Source: a virus
Taxonomy: Duplodnaviria > Heunggongvirae > Uroviricota > Caudoviricetes
DNA: 64,000 nucleotides
Strand: one strand, 5' to 3'
Virus record (IMG/VR): IMGVR_UViG_2778261540_000003
Of this stretch, positions 33,236 to 47,400 are shown piece by piece. Position 1 is the stretch's first letter; each line of letters begins with the position of its first letter. A program made the position numbers and the translations under genes. The notes beneath the pieces were generated by a model that saw only the letters and a program-made list of their open reading frames with translations, was not told where the DNA came from and made no database searches.

Positions 33236-33796
33236 ATGAAAACAATCGAACAAAAACTTGAACAGCGCCGCGAGTGGCAGAAGGCAGCCAGAGAACGAGC
33301 GATCGCTCGGCAACGGGAAAAGTTGGCTGACCCCGCCTGGCGAGAATCGCAATATCAGAAAATGCGGGATTCTATCGACCGCCGTATCGCTAAACAGAAA
33401 GAGCGCCCACCAGCCAGCAAAACGCGGAAAAGTGCGGTAAAAATAAAATCTCGTGGCTTGAAGGGACGAACACCGACGGCGGAGGAACGGCGTATAGCCA
33501 ATGCTCTTGGCGCTCTCCCCTGCATTGCCTGCTATATGCATGGAGTAATATCTGAAGAGGTGTCTCTGCACCATATCTCCGGTCGTACCGCGCCGGGTTG
33601 TCACAAAAAGCAGTTGCCACTTTGTAGATGGCACCACCAGCATGCAGCACCGGCTGAAGTAAGAGAAAAATACCCCTGGCTGGTCCCTGTTCATGCCGAT
33701 GGTGTGGTTGGAGGCAAGAAAGAATTCACCTTGCTGAACAAGTCAGAGATGGAGTTACTGGCTGACGCCTATGAGATGGCAAACATCATGCACTAA
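33236..33796 (+). CDS. ref: Recombination enhancement function Ref (HNH endonuclease)
   Basis: 186 aa from internal ATG (MKTIEQKLEQRREW...); HNH-like His/Cys cluster HHISGRTAPGCHKKQLPLCRWHH. Confidence 0.85.
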   Translation: MKTIEQKLEQRREWQKAARERAIARQREKLADPAWRESQYQKMRDSIDRRIAKQKERPPASKTRKSAVKIKSRGLKGRTPTAEERRIANALGALPCIACYMHGVISEEVSLHHISGRTAPGCHKKQLPLCRWHHQHAAPAEVREKYPWLVPVHADGVVGGKKEFTLLNKSEMELLADAYEMANIMH

Positions 33797-33985
33797 TAAA
33801 TATATTATTTTTAATGATAAATGATTGACAACTGACAAGTGACTTCAGTCAGAATCATCACACGCCCGGTACGGATGGATCCCTTTTCAAATATTCCATG
33901 GACGGCACAGTCTGAGTACCGGGCGCTACCTTCAGTTGTATTGCTAAGCCGCCGCTGGTGGCTTTTCTTTTTTGTAGGGGGCGCT

Positions 33986-34152
33986 ATGGATAAGAAAATA
34001 TGCGTTGTTTCGATGAGCGTCGGCAAACCGGCGTCAATGACTGCTGCATGGATCAATAACGAGCTGATAATGGCTGAGCGGACCAGCTACCCTGAACGCC
34101 GCCGCGATATGGAACTCCAGCTGCTGCGCGAATTGCGAGAAAAAGAGGAAAA
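33986..34152 (+). pseudogene. 5-prime fragment of orphan gene X interrupted by transposon (first 55-56 codons from MDKKICVV; alternative GTG start at 33839)
   Basis: reading frame runs into the transposon inverted repeat and terminates there. Confidence 0.7.
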
Positions 34153-34190
34153 GGGGTCTGACGCTCAGTGGAACGAAAACTCACGTTAAG
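34153..34190. repeat. Tn3-family 38-bp terminal inverted repeat (tnpA-proximal end)
   Basis: GGGGTCTGACGCTCAGTGGAACGAAAACTCACGTTAAG. Confidence 0.95.
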
Positions 34191-37100
34191 CAACGTTTTC
34201 TGCCTCTGACGCCTCTTTTAATGGTCTCAGATGTCCTTTGGTCACCAGTTCTGCCAGCGTGAAGGAATAATGGCCGAGCATATTGATATGTCCGTGGCAA
34301 AGCGGGGAGAGGCGTGCGATATCTTCATCATTCAGTGTTTCACCCTGCGCCCGGAGATGATCCAGGGCTGCCTGCATATAAATAGTGTTCCATAACACGA
34401 CGGCGTTAGTGACCAGCCCCAGTGTGCCCAGTTGATCTTCCTGACCGTCGGTATATCGTTTTCTTATCTCACCTTTTTGACCGTGACAGATGGCTCTGGC
34501 AACGGCATGGCGACTTTCTCCCCGATTAAGCTGGGTCAGAATGCGCCGGCGGTAATCTTCATCATCAATATAATTAAGCAGATACAGCGTTTTGTTGATG
34601 CGCCCCACTTCAATGATTGCCTGAGTCAGTCCGGAAGGACGTTCACTTTTCAGCAATGAACGGACCAGCACTGAAACCTGTACTTTGCCCAGCTTCAGGG
34701 AGCCAGCGGTCCGGATCATTTCGTCCCACTGAAGGACTATTTTTCGGGGATCTGATTGCCCTCTGGCAATATCATTCAGCACGCCATAGTCGGCATCATG
34801 GTCCATTCGCCAGAAAACCGAAGCACCGGCATCAGCCAGGCGTGGAGAAAACTGGTATCCCAGCAGCCAGAAAAGGCCAAAGACAAGTTCGCTGGCACCT
34901 GCTGTATCGGTCATAATTTCGGTTGGATTCAGCCCGGTCTCCTGTTCCAGAAGACCTTCCAGCACAAAGATAGAGTCCCTCAGCGTCCCCGGTATAACGA
35001 TGCCATGAAAGCCGGAATACTGATCGGACACAAAGTTGTACCAGGTGATCCCTCTGTTATTACCAAAGTATTTGCGGTTCGGTCCGGCATTGATTGTTCT
35101 GACTGGCGTAACAAAGCGCATTCCATCTGCAGATGCCACTTCTCCTCCACCCCATATCTGTGCCAGTGGCAGCGTTGCCTGAAAATCAACCAGTCTGGCA
35201 TTAGCGCTGGTGATAGTTTCAGCCCGCAGATAGTTCGCTTTTGTCCAGTTCAGCCGGTGTCGGGTCAGTGCAGGAACATTTGATCTGATCAGTGGTTCCA
35301 GACCGATATTGCAGGCTTCAGCCATCAGCACGGCGCTGATGCTGACGGGCAGATCATCAACTCTGGCACTGGCTTCACTAGCATGGAAAAACTCATCAGC
35401 AAATCCGGTATGGGCGTTAATTTCGAGCAGCAACTCCGTTAAATCCACCGGAGGGAGTAGATCACTGATCATTTTGCTCAGTCGTTTCAGACTGTCCGGC
35501 TCATCAAGACTGGCGAGGGGAGAAATTGTCAACCGGGGCTTCGGGCCAGAAACATCGAGTTCGACAGCCTCATTTTCGCAAAGACGTGCAGCAACCTGTC
35601 TGTAACGACTATCAAGCTGATGACCCAGAGATTTTATTGCTTCCTGCGGGTCTGTCGGGTGCCCCAAAGAACGATAAACCTTAATCCGGTTTGCCTGCCA
35701 GTCAGCACCCTGTAGTAATCTTGCACGAGGATCTCCCCACCGGTTACTGCCGGTAACGTAGACATCCCTCCGCCTCAGACTATCCTGCAGTTTACTGAGA
35801 AAGCAGAGCGTGTATCCCCTGCGGGTGATATGTTTTTCCTTGTTAATCACCAGCCGTTTCCATGACCGACTGATAATTTCCGTTGGTGCGTCGTCAAAAA
35901 ACTGCCGCCGTGAGCTGAACTCCCGGCTGAGGTAGTCACAGGCATTCAGAGTGGTAACCCCGGCAGGTGCGGATGAAAATTTAACGGTATTCAGCAGATG
36001 GGGCAGGAAACGACGAACGCGCCCGTACTGCTCCACCATTTCTTCATGAAAATTATCGTCTGAGGGCCGGGCAATTTCACGGACAAGCGTGATGATTTCA
36101 GCCAGCTTTTGCCTTGGGATGTAGCTGAACACCTCAGCACGAATCGATTCGTCCGGTGTTTCTTCTTTCAGCAGGTACGAACATGCGCTGGCGAGCGCCA
36201 ATGCAGATTTATCCAGATCCTTCAGCGAGCGGAGCCGTTTTTTCTGCCCAATCTTTCTGGCGTCACGGATGATAACGGCCAGCATGGCGTCCAGAACGTC
36301 CAATGCATCATCCAGCGCCAGCGTTTCCCATGCAAGGACAAAGGCAACCAGAACCGCCATCCTTTTCTGCGGTGACATCCTGGCAATATTGAACACCGAA
36401 GTCATACCAGCATAACGTGCGAGATTTTTCAGGCGCACAGCCGGGAGTGTACTCAGGTTTTCAGCATGCAGGCCAAAATCGTTCAGAGTTTTCCAGCGTT
36501 CAATTGCTTCATTAAACGCCGGACCACTGATGGTCACAGGGCCCTTTTTCAGTGATTCCAGTAAAGACAGGCGGCTGCAATCAGTTGGCCCCAGCAGCAT
36601 CTCCAGCTGTGAACGCTGTTCGGCTGACGGTATCAGTGCCAGTTTGTTCCACAGGCGCAACGTCGCCTTTTCCCTTACCTCTGAAATCAACCGGGTCAGC
36701 GTAGTGGCTCCGGGGAGAATAATACGATGTTGCATAAGCCACCCTGTCGCCAGATCGAAAAGCAGGCCAGGACGTTCGTTGCTTATCCAGCTCCGGGTAT
36801 ATAAAAGACGGGTAAGGCGAAATGTCCAGGGCCAGGCAAATTCACGATACTGATAGTGCTGACGTATCAGCGCTGCATGCTCACGGCGGGTATTTTCCCT
36901 CTGACCGTATTCTGCAAGAACGGTGATATCACGAATCCCGAGCTGTCTGGCGGTAAAATGCCGGACGCCGGAAGGAATATGATTCATATCGGTGAGGAAG
37001 GTGCCCAGAAAACGGACACATCCAATTTGCAGGGCAATGCCCAGACGGTTGTGATCACCTCTGCTTTTTCCGATAAATTCCTTGTCTGCTTCATCAAGGT

Positions 37101-37191
37101 GAAAATATCGTGCCAGCTGAAGCTCATCCGGTTCACCGGTGAATCTGCCATAGCTTTCAGTCTGCTCAGTGGTCAGAAAGTCAACGGGCAT
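34186..37191 (-). CDS. tnpA: Tn3-family DDE transposase TnpA
   Basis: about 1001 aa from MPVDFLTTEQ; stop codon lies inside the terminal inverted repeat; ORF-track 1054-aa version extends spuriously into res. Confidence 0.95.
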   Translation of the reverse strand: MPVDFLTTEQTESYGRFTGEPDELQLARYFHLDEADKEFIGKSRGDHNRLGIALQIGCVRFLGTFLTDMNHIPSGVRHFTARQLGIRDITVLAEYGQRENTRREHAALIRQHYQYREFAWPWTFRLTRLLYTRSWISNERPGLLFDLATGWLMQHRIILPGATTLTRLISEVREKATLRLWNKLALIPSAEQRSQLEMLLGPTDCSRLSLLESLKKGPVTISGPAFNEAIERWKTLNDFGLHAENLSTLPAVRLKNLARYAGMTSVFNIARMSPQKRMAVLVAFVLAWETLALDDALDVLDAMLAVIIRDARKIGQKKRLRSLKDLDKSALALASACSYLLKEETPDESIRAEVFSYIPRQKLAEIITLVREIARPSDDNFHEEMVEQYGRVRRFLPHLLNTVKFSSAPAGVTTLNACDYLSREFSSRRQFFDDAPTEIISRSWKRLVINKEKHITRRGYTLCFLSKLQDSLRRRDVYVTGSNRWGDPRARLLQGADWQANRIKVYRSLGHPTDPQEAIKSLGHQLDSRYRQVAARLCENEAVELDVSGPKPRLTISPLASLDEPDSLKRLSKMISDLLPPVDLTELLLEINAHTGFADEFFHASEASARVDDLPVSISAVLMAEACNIGLEPLIRSNVPALTRHRLNWTKANYLRAETITSANARLVDFQATLPLAQIWGGGEVASADGMRFVTPVRTINAGPNRKYFGNNRGITWYNFVSDQYSGFHGIVIPGTLRDSIFVLEGLLEQETGLNPTEIMTDTAGASELVFGLFWLLGYQFSPRLADAGASVFWRMDHDADYGVLNDIARGQSDPRKIVLQWDEMIRTAGSLKLGKVQVSVLVRSLLKSERPSGLTQAIIEVGRINKTLYLLNYIDDEDYRRRILTQLNRGESRHAVARAICHGQKGEIRKRYTDGQEDQLGTLGLVTNAVVLWNTIYMQAALDHLRAQGETLNDEDIARLSPLCHGHINMLGHYSFTLAELVTKGHLRPLKEASEAENVA

Positions 37192-37912
<721 letters not shown>

Positions 37913-38082
37913 TACGCCTATTTTTATAGGTTAATGTCATGATAATAATGGTTTCTTAGACGTCAGGTGGCACTTTTCGGGGAAATGTGCGCGGAACCCC
38001 TATTTGTTTATTTTTCTAAATACATTCAAATATGTATCCGCTCATGAGACAATAACCCTGGTAAATGCTTCAATAATATTGA

Positions 38083-38955
<873 letters not shown>

Positions 38956-39064
38956 CTGTCAGACCAAGTTTACTCATATATACTTTAGATTGATTTAAAA
39001 CTTCATTTTTAATTTAAAAGGATCTAGGTGAAGATCCTTTTTGATAATCTCATGACCAAAATCC

Positions 39065-39102
39065 CTTAACGTGAGTTTTCGTTCCACTGAGCGTCAGACC
39101 CC
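39065..39102. repeat. Tn3-family 38-bp terminal inverted repeat (bla-proximal end)
   Basis: CTTAACGTGAGTTTTCGTTCCACTGAGCGTCAGACCCC. Confidence 0.95.
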
Positions 39103-39582
39103 GAAAAGGGTTTTATCGTGCTGGTGGAAGAGGAAAACAGCTTTATTACTGGTCGAGTTGGCCAGCGTGTAAGGTTGCGCGATCCCTTCATGAACGGCAG
39201 GCCGGTACTGATTGAAGCAATGCAGATTTACAAGGAGCTGGAACGCCAGAAAGCGATCAAGTTACCGCGCAAGGAATCCGGCAAATACATCCTCCACCAA
39301 AGCATCTTCGATTCCGAACACGATAAAAAAGGCGATGAATTTTTCAACATCAACTGGAGCGAAATAACGACAGAGCATGTTCTGACGTTACTATGTTGCT
39401 TTGCGACGGAATACAACAACGTTGCCAGCGCCGAGTACATCAGGGCAATGGCTTCTGAAGTGGATAGTCGTGATGACTCATCGCTGATAGCGTCATATAT
39501 AAACATCATCAAGAAAACTCAAATTATGGGATGCGCTAGAGTTCCTCAAGGAATACTCACCGGAAAGAATAATATTCTATAA
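39103..39582 (+). pseudogene. 3-prime fragment of orphan gene X (about 158 codons), in frame with the 5-prime fragment once transposon and one GAAAA copy are removed
   Basis: restored junction reads ..REKEEK-GFIVLVEEENSF..; intact pre-insertion ORF of roughly 213-262 aa. Confidence 0.7.
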
Positions 39583-39625
39583 CCTACGAAGGTTATTTGT
39601 TACTTTCTGCGTAAACCCACAACTA

Positions 39626-39647
39626 ACCTTCCTAAGTTAAGGAAGGT
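39626..39647. terminator. Hairpin between convergent genes (possible bidirectional terminator)
   Basis: accttcc-taagttaa-ggaaggt; no strong T-run. Confidence 0.35.
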
Positions 39648-39679
39648 ATTTATCATGAAGTGTAGACATAAGCGTATTA

Positions 39680-40720
39680 TTACATGGGCTTAACCACAAC
39701 CTTTCCGTATATATCAAGTTTTGATTGTAATACGTTGACGTGAGACAATTCTTTATTCGAACTAACTTTATCTAAAATTATATTTTTATCTTTTTCAGTC
39801 ATGTTATACCCTAAGGTAATTTGCTTGAATGCAGAAAAAGGAATTTTCTTTAAGTTAATTTCATGATAGTCATGAAAAACATCAGGATACTCATTCAATA
39901 GGCAATCATCAATCGATGGAGAGACAATGCTTCCTATTTTTCTCTCGCAATCAGCCAATGGAAAAATAATTCTACTTTCATTTTCAGGAAGCCACTCTTC
40001 ACCTTTTGTATAAAGAAGCCTATTAATAAAAAGCTCGCGAACTGGATCTCGATTTAAGATCCCATGCAATGTATTATCTTTATTCTTTATATCTATATTC
40101 CTCGATGGCGCAGGATAGCCATTAAATCGCACAGCGCCTTTATAATAGGTTACAGATGCTCTATCTTCTGGATTATAACTAACATCACACGGCCGATATA
40201 TTTTAAAAAAATCGTGTGTTTCATCGAAAACTACAGCAAACCCCTTTCCTATCGATGCATAATGAGTCCACATGTGTAGATTGCAATCACTTTTTGATAG
40301 AGAGAATACACCAAGATGACAGCTTACGGCTTCTACTAAATAATCGTTAAGGTACGTTACTATTTCTTGGAGTTTAGATTCATCATATGAATCCATTGAG
40401 GTAAAACCTTCATTGATTAACAAGTGTGGAAAATCCTCTCCGTATCGTTTCCCGCAAGGTTTTAAATAATACTCTAACTCTTGTATAGATGGGACATAAG
40501 ATGGATCTCGTTGCATTTTCTTAAATTCATTTCTAGCCCATGCGTAATCGGCTGGTGAAAATTTATTAAAAAATGGAAGAAGTCGCGACTCACTCGACGG
40601 ATCATTAAGATACTTTGGTTGCGTTGCTCTAAAGAAACCATCCTCCAGACAAGATGTTCTAATGTGCATGCCCGGCCAAGGTTTTTCCATATAACTCTCG
40701 CCTATATATTTAACTAACAC
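39680..40720 (-). CDS. Orphan AT-rich protein in the cargo island (candidate defence or accessory gene)
   Basis: 346-aa ORF, strongly AT-rich relative to flanks; segment FSLSKSDCNLHMWTHYASIGKGFAVVFDE; no catalytic motif recognised. Confidence 0.65.
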   Translation of the reverse strand: MLVKYIGESYMEKPWPGMHIRTSCLEDGFFRATQPKYLNDPSSESRLLPFFNKFSPADYAWARNEFKKMQRDPSYVPSIQELEYYLKPCGKRYGEDFPHLLINEGFTSMDSYDESKLQEIVTYLNDYLVEAVSCHLGVFSLSKSDCNLHMWTHYASIGKGFAVVFDETHDFFKIYRPCDVSYNPEDRASVTYYKGAVRFNGYPAPSRNIDIKNKDNTLHGILNRDPVRELFINRLLYTKGEEWLPENESRIIFPLADCERKIGSIVSPSIDDCLLNEYPDVFHDYHEINLKKIPFSAFKQITLGYNMTEKDKNIILDKVSSNKELSHVNVLQSKLDIYGKVVVKPM

Positions 40721-40772
40721 TGTATATCGATCCTGTTGTTTAAGCCCATATCATATGGGCTTTAAATGATTA

Positions 40773-41021
40773 TTAATCAGCGTTCAGAAGCAATGCGTTA
40801 TCTATGATGATCTGCTCCCATTCTTCGAATGCCCGGTCGCGGACGCCCTGGGGAACACTGTTAGTTTTGAAATCGACGACCGTCCGCCATTTTCCGTCAG
40901 GACGGTACATGCGCAGAGCTTTACTTCCCCCTTCCCTGCGCACCTCAACGTTATGCTTATCAGCAAACTCTTGCAATGCTCGTAGCGTCCCATGCTTTAC
41001 TGTGTAGTATCGCTTCTTCAA
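40773..41021 (-). CDS. lxc: Small basic protein at the position of P1 lxc (bof)
   Basis: 82 aa; assignment by position and size from memory of the P1 map. Confidence 0.5.
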   Translation of the reverse strand: MKKRYYTVKHGTLRALQEFADKHNVEVRREGGSKALRMYRPDGKWRTVVDFKTNSVPQGVRDRAFEEWEQIIIDNALLLNAD

Positions 41022-41458
41022 GTTTTCTCTCCAGCCTGTGCCAAGGCTTCAACTTCCAAATCGTAAGACTCAAACTCATAGTCCTGGTCGTCAACCTCTT
41101 CAGGCACTGGCAGTAAATGCCAGGCTGAGTATATCTGACCATTATCAAAACGCTCCTGGCTGTAGAGCGTCGCAGCTATGAGCGTCAGCGCCGGGCGGTC
41201 ATAACGGTAAATTTTGCGAACGTCACGGTCAACGAGACGACCGAAATTACCATAACCGCGCTCCAGTAATAATTTTTTAATTTCCGGCCAGTATGGGCCA
41301 TAGCTGCGGTACAGGCGGGGATTTTTCAGTAATCGCCCGCGTAGCCCTGACAGGAAGAAATCAACGTATTCGTCTTCTGTCTTTCCTAACAACGCTGTAC
41401 GGAGTACCGCCTCAAGATATGTTTTATTCGGTTTTATTGTATCAGATAGTGTGGCCAT
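41018..41458 (-). CDS. Protein at the position of P1 ulx
   Basis: 146 aa; overlaps next gene start; upstream neighbour of darB operon end. Confidence 0.5.
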   Translation of the reverse strand: MATLSDTIKPNKTYLEAVLRTALLGKTEDEYVDFFLSGLRGRLLKNPRLYRSYGPYWPEIKKLLLERGYGNFGRLVDRDVRKIYRYDRPALTLIAATLYSQERFDNGQIYSAWHLLPVPEEVDDQDYEFESYDLEVEALAQAGEKT

Positions 41459-41491
41459 ATTATGCGACGCCCGGCGAACCGGGCGCTCCTG

Positions 41492-44400
41492 TTATGCGTA
41501 TTGTTGGATGACGGCCAGAACGTCCGCCACGTTGTGTTTTGTCTCGATAATCCACCAGTTACCCGGGAAATCGCTGTTCTTCGCCTTCGCTGGCAGCCAG
41601 CGAGCGCCGAATTTCGCCTTGATTGCGTCTTTCGCACGGAAAAGAACGCCTTTCATGCCTGAGGCTTCCTGAAGCCCAAATACCTCGCCAGCGGCGAATT
41701 TTGGTGCGTACATCATCTTCAGGTCGGCGGTGGATACGCGATAATTCAGACCAAGAGACTGAGCTATGCTGGTGGCATCACCCTGTATTGATGATAACTC
41801 TTCTTGTTTCTCGTTTCTGGCGGCAATCTCTTCCTCCGTGATGTTGCCAAGGGCCAGGTTTATCCGATCAGCGTCGGCCTGTTTCTCTTCATCGGTGCGC
41901 CCGGCAAGAACCGTGTTAATTCTCTGCAATATCTCCACATGATTCTTGCGCATGCTGAGCAATTCCGGCGTAACCTCGTTAAGATCCACCAGCCCAAGGA
42001 TGGCAAGGTCGGAAAACATTGATACCAGGTTGTAGGTCATGCGATAGCTGAGTTGACCATAGGCTGATGGCAACTGCACCGCATCCATTTTATAGGCATC
42101 CATAAATTTAGAGCCGTCGTTTACGACATCCGCAATTGCCGGTGTGATTTTTCCTGTGGTGGCGGCCTCCCTGATTGCTGTTACCCACGATTGAGTCAGC
42201 GCGGAAACTGCATGATTCAGATTGGCTTTGCGTTCTGCTGCAATGCGCGCGCTTGCAGCGTCCATTGACTGTTTGATCTCGTCTTTATTGCTGTAAATGC
42301 CAATGGTGCCAAACTGTGCTGTGGTGATCTCATAATCTGACGCCCGGAACTCATTGGTACCGAAAATGGCATTGGTGACTTCAAGTTCAGAATCCCCGTT
42401 ACGAGTAGCCCCCTGGCTTGTTTTTTCCGGCATTCTGGCGATCGCATCCGCTATTTTCTCCTGAATTGCTTCAGGGGATAGCGTATCTCCGTATGACGCG
42501 ATTACATCGCCATAATTGGAGCCAAACAGTTCAACCAGGAATGTTTCTGCCGAACGGATCTGGCGGTTATTCCCTTCCGACATCATACCAAGCACCCATT
42601 TTGCAATTGACGACTTCAGCGCGCCGTCACGGCGATCCGGGTAAACCGCATGCTTCAGTGGGTCCGAATAGGTACCAACAAAATCGATGCTATAGCCTGA
42701 CTCTGTAGTCTGAACGCCGTATGAGTCAGTGATTTTGATCATGCCGCGCTGCTGGAAACGGTAGAAATCGTCACAGGAAATGATGTCGTTAATCCCGGCG
42801 ATGGAGACGCCACCACTGATTTTCTGCATAACAGCATCTTCATCGGGAGTTACATCAACCTGTTTATCCAGCGTCTTCACATCCCAGTTACCCGATTTGG
42901 TACCTTTGAAGGTAAAGATAATCTCCACGTCTGCGCGCTGGCTGTCGAAGTCCAGCGACTTAATGCGAACGATATCACCGGCACAATCGTAGTATTGGCC
43001 TACACGCCATGAGCGATCGCCGATAACAAGGAACTCACTCGCATGGTTAACCAGGTCAGGATCAACATCCAGAATGCCTTTATTTATTGCATCCTCCACC
43101 AGCGGGCGCAGGCGTTTGATATCCGTCGCGGCCTTCTGAGTACGGTTCAATAATTTCTCATAGCGGGAGATGGCTTGAGAGATATTAGCCTTGCGCTGAA
43201 TGGCGCTTTTCAACGACGCGCGATACTGTGCTAACAACGTACGGTCTGTGTGATGGACGCTACCCCAGCGGGCTTTCCAGTCTGCGTTATCAGCTGCTTT
43301 GGCCATTACCGCCTGTTTGAATTTAGCTACCTCGGCGGTGGTCTTTTCAAGTTCCGCTTTGCTTCGCTCTAATTCAGCGGTAAGTACCTCCACATCCTCG
43401 CCAGCTGCGTGCTGCGCCTTGATGTAGTTCTGAAGGTCGATAGTAGCCTGTTCTTTCTGGCGAGCGCGTTGCGCGGCTTTCGCCTTATCCATTTGAACCT
43501 GCATCATTGCCAGACGTTCGCCATCATCCTTAGCGGTATACATCTGCATTTCGATCATATCGTTGGCGTCGGCGTTCTCCATTTCTGACTTATCTGAACG
43601 GAGGATATCGGAGATCCAGCCTGCTTTACGCTTCAGCGTCTTCAGTCGGTATTCATCGAAAGAACCCTTGCCGCAGTAGTAGTGAACGCGAACGCTTGCA
43701 CGGTTGGAGCCAACTCGGGCACCGCGACCGTTACGCTGTGCGATACTGGCTGGTGTCCATGGCAACGTCAGATGATGGATGTCAGTCGTTCCTCGATGCA
43801 GGTTGATACCCACCTCTGCCTTTTTGTTGCAGATGATGATCGGAGTCCGGCCCTCCTGGAAGTCGGCTGCAATCTTTTCCAGACCGCCCAACGACATTTC
43901 ATTCTGCTGCGCGATATAGGCGTCATACAGAGCCATTTGCTCGTTGTATTTCGCTATCTGTGCATCTGTTGGTTCATCCGGTAACTCTTTCGGCGGTTTA
44001 ACCGCTTTCAGTTTCTTACCGGTTTTACCTGCCTCGGCAACCGTCTGAGCATTCAGGATCCCCACCTTTGAAGGTTCAAGGTTAAGAGCATTGCAGATAA
44101 TGCGCTTGAGCTTCTGGTGCTGCGTTTTTTCGTCCGTGAAGATGATTTGCTTACCTTCCGGGAAAAACTCCTTCAGCGTGGCGATCAGCTTCACGTATTT
44201 GGGCGTAACGGGGTGAGTTACGGTCTGTTCGTCAATGCCAAACTTGGCCAGGCGCTTATTCACTTCCTGCTCGAACGCTTCCGGAACCTGCAACTGAATA
44301 AACTCGCCCTTATCTATCAGGGAGTATTGCGATTGCTGCGTGATTGAATCATCACTGTCGTCGTCTTCGCTGGTGGCTTGTTTAGGCAAACTGTCCGCCA

Positions 44401-47400
44401 GCTGCTGCACCGCATCGGCGTACTCCGGCAGGAAACGATAGGTGATCCGGCGATAGTACAGGTCCATGTCAGTACATACGCGGTCCATATCCCTGATTAT
44501 TGAGAAGATCGGACGGGCTTTCTCGTGCTCAATCACGCCGTCTTCATTAACCGAGGTCGTTACGCCATTGTTGGCTTTTGCTGCCGCTTCCGCCTGTTGA
44601 CGCAATTCTTCATACGCCGCCAGTTGTTCTTCAGTAAGTGGTGCATCCTGCTGGTGTTCGTCCAGTTCCGGGATCTCCACGGTATCCTTAACGTCTTCCG
44701 CCGTTTTAAGCGTTGTCCAGCGATGGAATATGCCGCGCAGCGCATCAAGGTTTTCAAAGCCCACCAGCGCCATTTTTTCTTCAACTTCACCGCTGATTTT
44801 CTGTACCGTTTCCAGCCTGGTCTTGCCGAAGAATTTAACGAAGTCATCAGGACCGTAGATCCCCATCTTCTGCCAGTATTCCTTCGGCAGAACATGAGAA
44901 AGCATGTTGTATGCATCGATCGGGGTGTTAACGACTGGCGTTGCAGTCAGGAGAACCGGTCCACGCCCACCATTCTTTTTCATCAGGTACGCGTTTTTGA
45001 TTGCCATATCTCGCGCCGATTGCGCCACCGCGCTGGTGGGCAGATAGGCCAGCTGTGACGCTTCGCGACCATTTTTATAGCTATTGCGGTAGTTGTGGCC
45101 TTCGTCAGCAATCACGCTGTCGAAGCCCATATCCTCAAAGTACGGATACTTCTCTGCTTTTTCGGTACCGGTATCTGAATACTCCGACAATACCCGGCGA
45201 CGCGCCGCCTCTTTGCGATGGGAATCGGAGTCCATTGCGCTGGCCACACGCCCGGCAGCAACGAAGTCATAAAGCATGTCTTGTGCATGCTCATCTACGG
45301 TGTCATCACGTAGCGGAATGCGGGCGTATTGTTCTTTGGTAAACACGACTGCACGGTAGTTTGAGTGCGGGATCGCGTTCATCCGCGCCGTGATAGTGGC
45401 TTCATCTGCCAGCTTAAGGGCATCGCGCATAACGGGAGTGCCATCTGCACCAACGACAGGTTTACCGTTCTCATCGAGCACCGGCACCTGGCGAATCTGA
45501 TCGCCATCCATCAGCACATCAAGACCGACGAACAGGTAGTTACTGAATGCCTCTTCACTCAGAAACTCTTTTGCTTCGTAATACCAGTTTTCCAGCACTG
45601 ATTTAGGCACTACATACGCAGTACGGGTGGAACGACCGTTCTCATAGTTGAACGCCTCAAGCGCCAGCGCGGTCGTGGTTTTACCCAGCCCGGTACCGAA
45701 GCCCAGGATGCCGCGCCCATCTTCGGACAGTCGGCGCACCTCGCTATTCTGGTAATCAAATGGCTGTCGCTTACCGCTTAATCCCTTCAACCCAAGCGGA
45801 TCGCCAGAGTGTTCATACGGGATATTGCTATTGAAAACATCGTTGTATTTGGCAACCAGCTCATCGTAGCGATCGTGCGTCTTGATCCACTTATTGAACT
45901 GGTCCTCAAGCAGTGCCATCTGCTCGCGGTAGCCGTTCGCCGTCGCGCTATCTTTGCCACCGATACGCGCACCATTGAGATACTTTTCCAGCTGTGCCGG
46001 GAACCCGGTCGCGTTTTCACCTGATTTACGGTCCCACTCGTAGCGGATCTCGCCTGTTTCTTTATCCTTGCGCTGGACGACACCGTATCGGTGCCCGACG
46101 AACAGACCATCACCACCGTGATAGGTGTCAGAAACCATTTCGTCGCCTTCAAGCTGCACTGACTGCACATAGCGCAGATCCGGATAGCCGTTTTCCTGCA
46201 AAAATTCCAGAATGACGGAACGGTCGAACCAACGGCTATTGAGCTTAAACCGGATATTCTCTGCTGGCGTCTTGATGCGCTTCTCTTCGATCGCTGCCAG
46301 CTGATTAAGGACGTTGTTCTTTACTGGACCGTCGGGGAGCGTGGCGAGGAATTCCTGTTTTGGAGCCACTATCTCGTTAATGTCGCCGCTGGTGGCGCGG
46401 GCGAACGGAACAATCCCGCCATACGGTGAAACCGCAATACCAGGGGTGCTGGCCAATAAATTAAGCAACTCTTCATCACTGGCTGGCAGTTCGCCGGTAA
46501 ACGCAAGGCGGAAATCATCGAGCTGGATTGGATCGCGAGTGAGATCACTGTAGAGATAACGCAGGGTGTCCTGATAGCTGGTGGAGTCATAACTTGCGCT
46601 GGAATCATGCGTAACCAGCTTTCCTGTCAGCTCGTCAGAAATAGTGCCATCCAGCTTAATTGCACCACGGAAAGCAAACCAGGCGCGCGCACCGCTCCCC
46701 GATAATTTCGCTATCGGACCGCGACCGGGGTTACCAAAACGGTCAATCTCTGCCTGCAAACGGGATACCAGAGAAAGGCGCTGCTGTTCGATTTGTTCAG
46801 CACTATGCCCGGCGGCCTTCATGTCCTGATATTCAATTAACATCCGGCCAATCATCGCCCCGCGATACAAGCGTTCACGGTATTTTTCAGGCTGGCTGTT
46901 AATCCAGTCCACCAGCTGCACCATATCGTCGCTGATTGATGTGGTGTACTTATCGCGGACATTTGCCATCTGGGTAAATGTCATGCCGAGACGGCCTTCT
47001 GTTGTAGTCAGGTTACGCTGAAGAGCCTCCCAGCTATCCGCGCCATAACTGGCAGCATCGATCTTAAGTTCCTTCCCGGCATCAGCTTCAATCCAGCGAC
47101 CACCAGCATATTTTTGCCATACGCCATTAATCAGGCGCATTTCCCCTTCACCAACAACGTCTGCGGTCGGTGACGGTTCAGCCATATCGAGCAAAGACCA
47201 GTCGATACGGCTTTCGAAACGATGAATCAGCTTCGCTTTAAGAGCCTGGTTATCAATCTGACCGTCGGCACGAACCTCAATACGCCCCTGGAAGCCCTTT
47301 TCCTGGGTGCCATGAACAAACCGGCGGCCATCCTTTTCAAACCACTTGCCAGAAATAAACGTTGGCCAAAGCACATTTGCCGATTCAAGAGTGCTTTCAT

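Noticed and set aside
33839-33985. GTG start at 33839 for gene X (adds 49 N-terminal codons)
   Set aside because: It begins only 43 nt after the ref stop; the ATG at 33986 is the more conservative start. Left unresolved, so the pseudogene fragment is annotated from 33986
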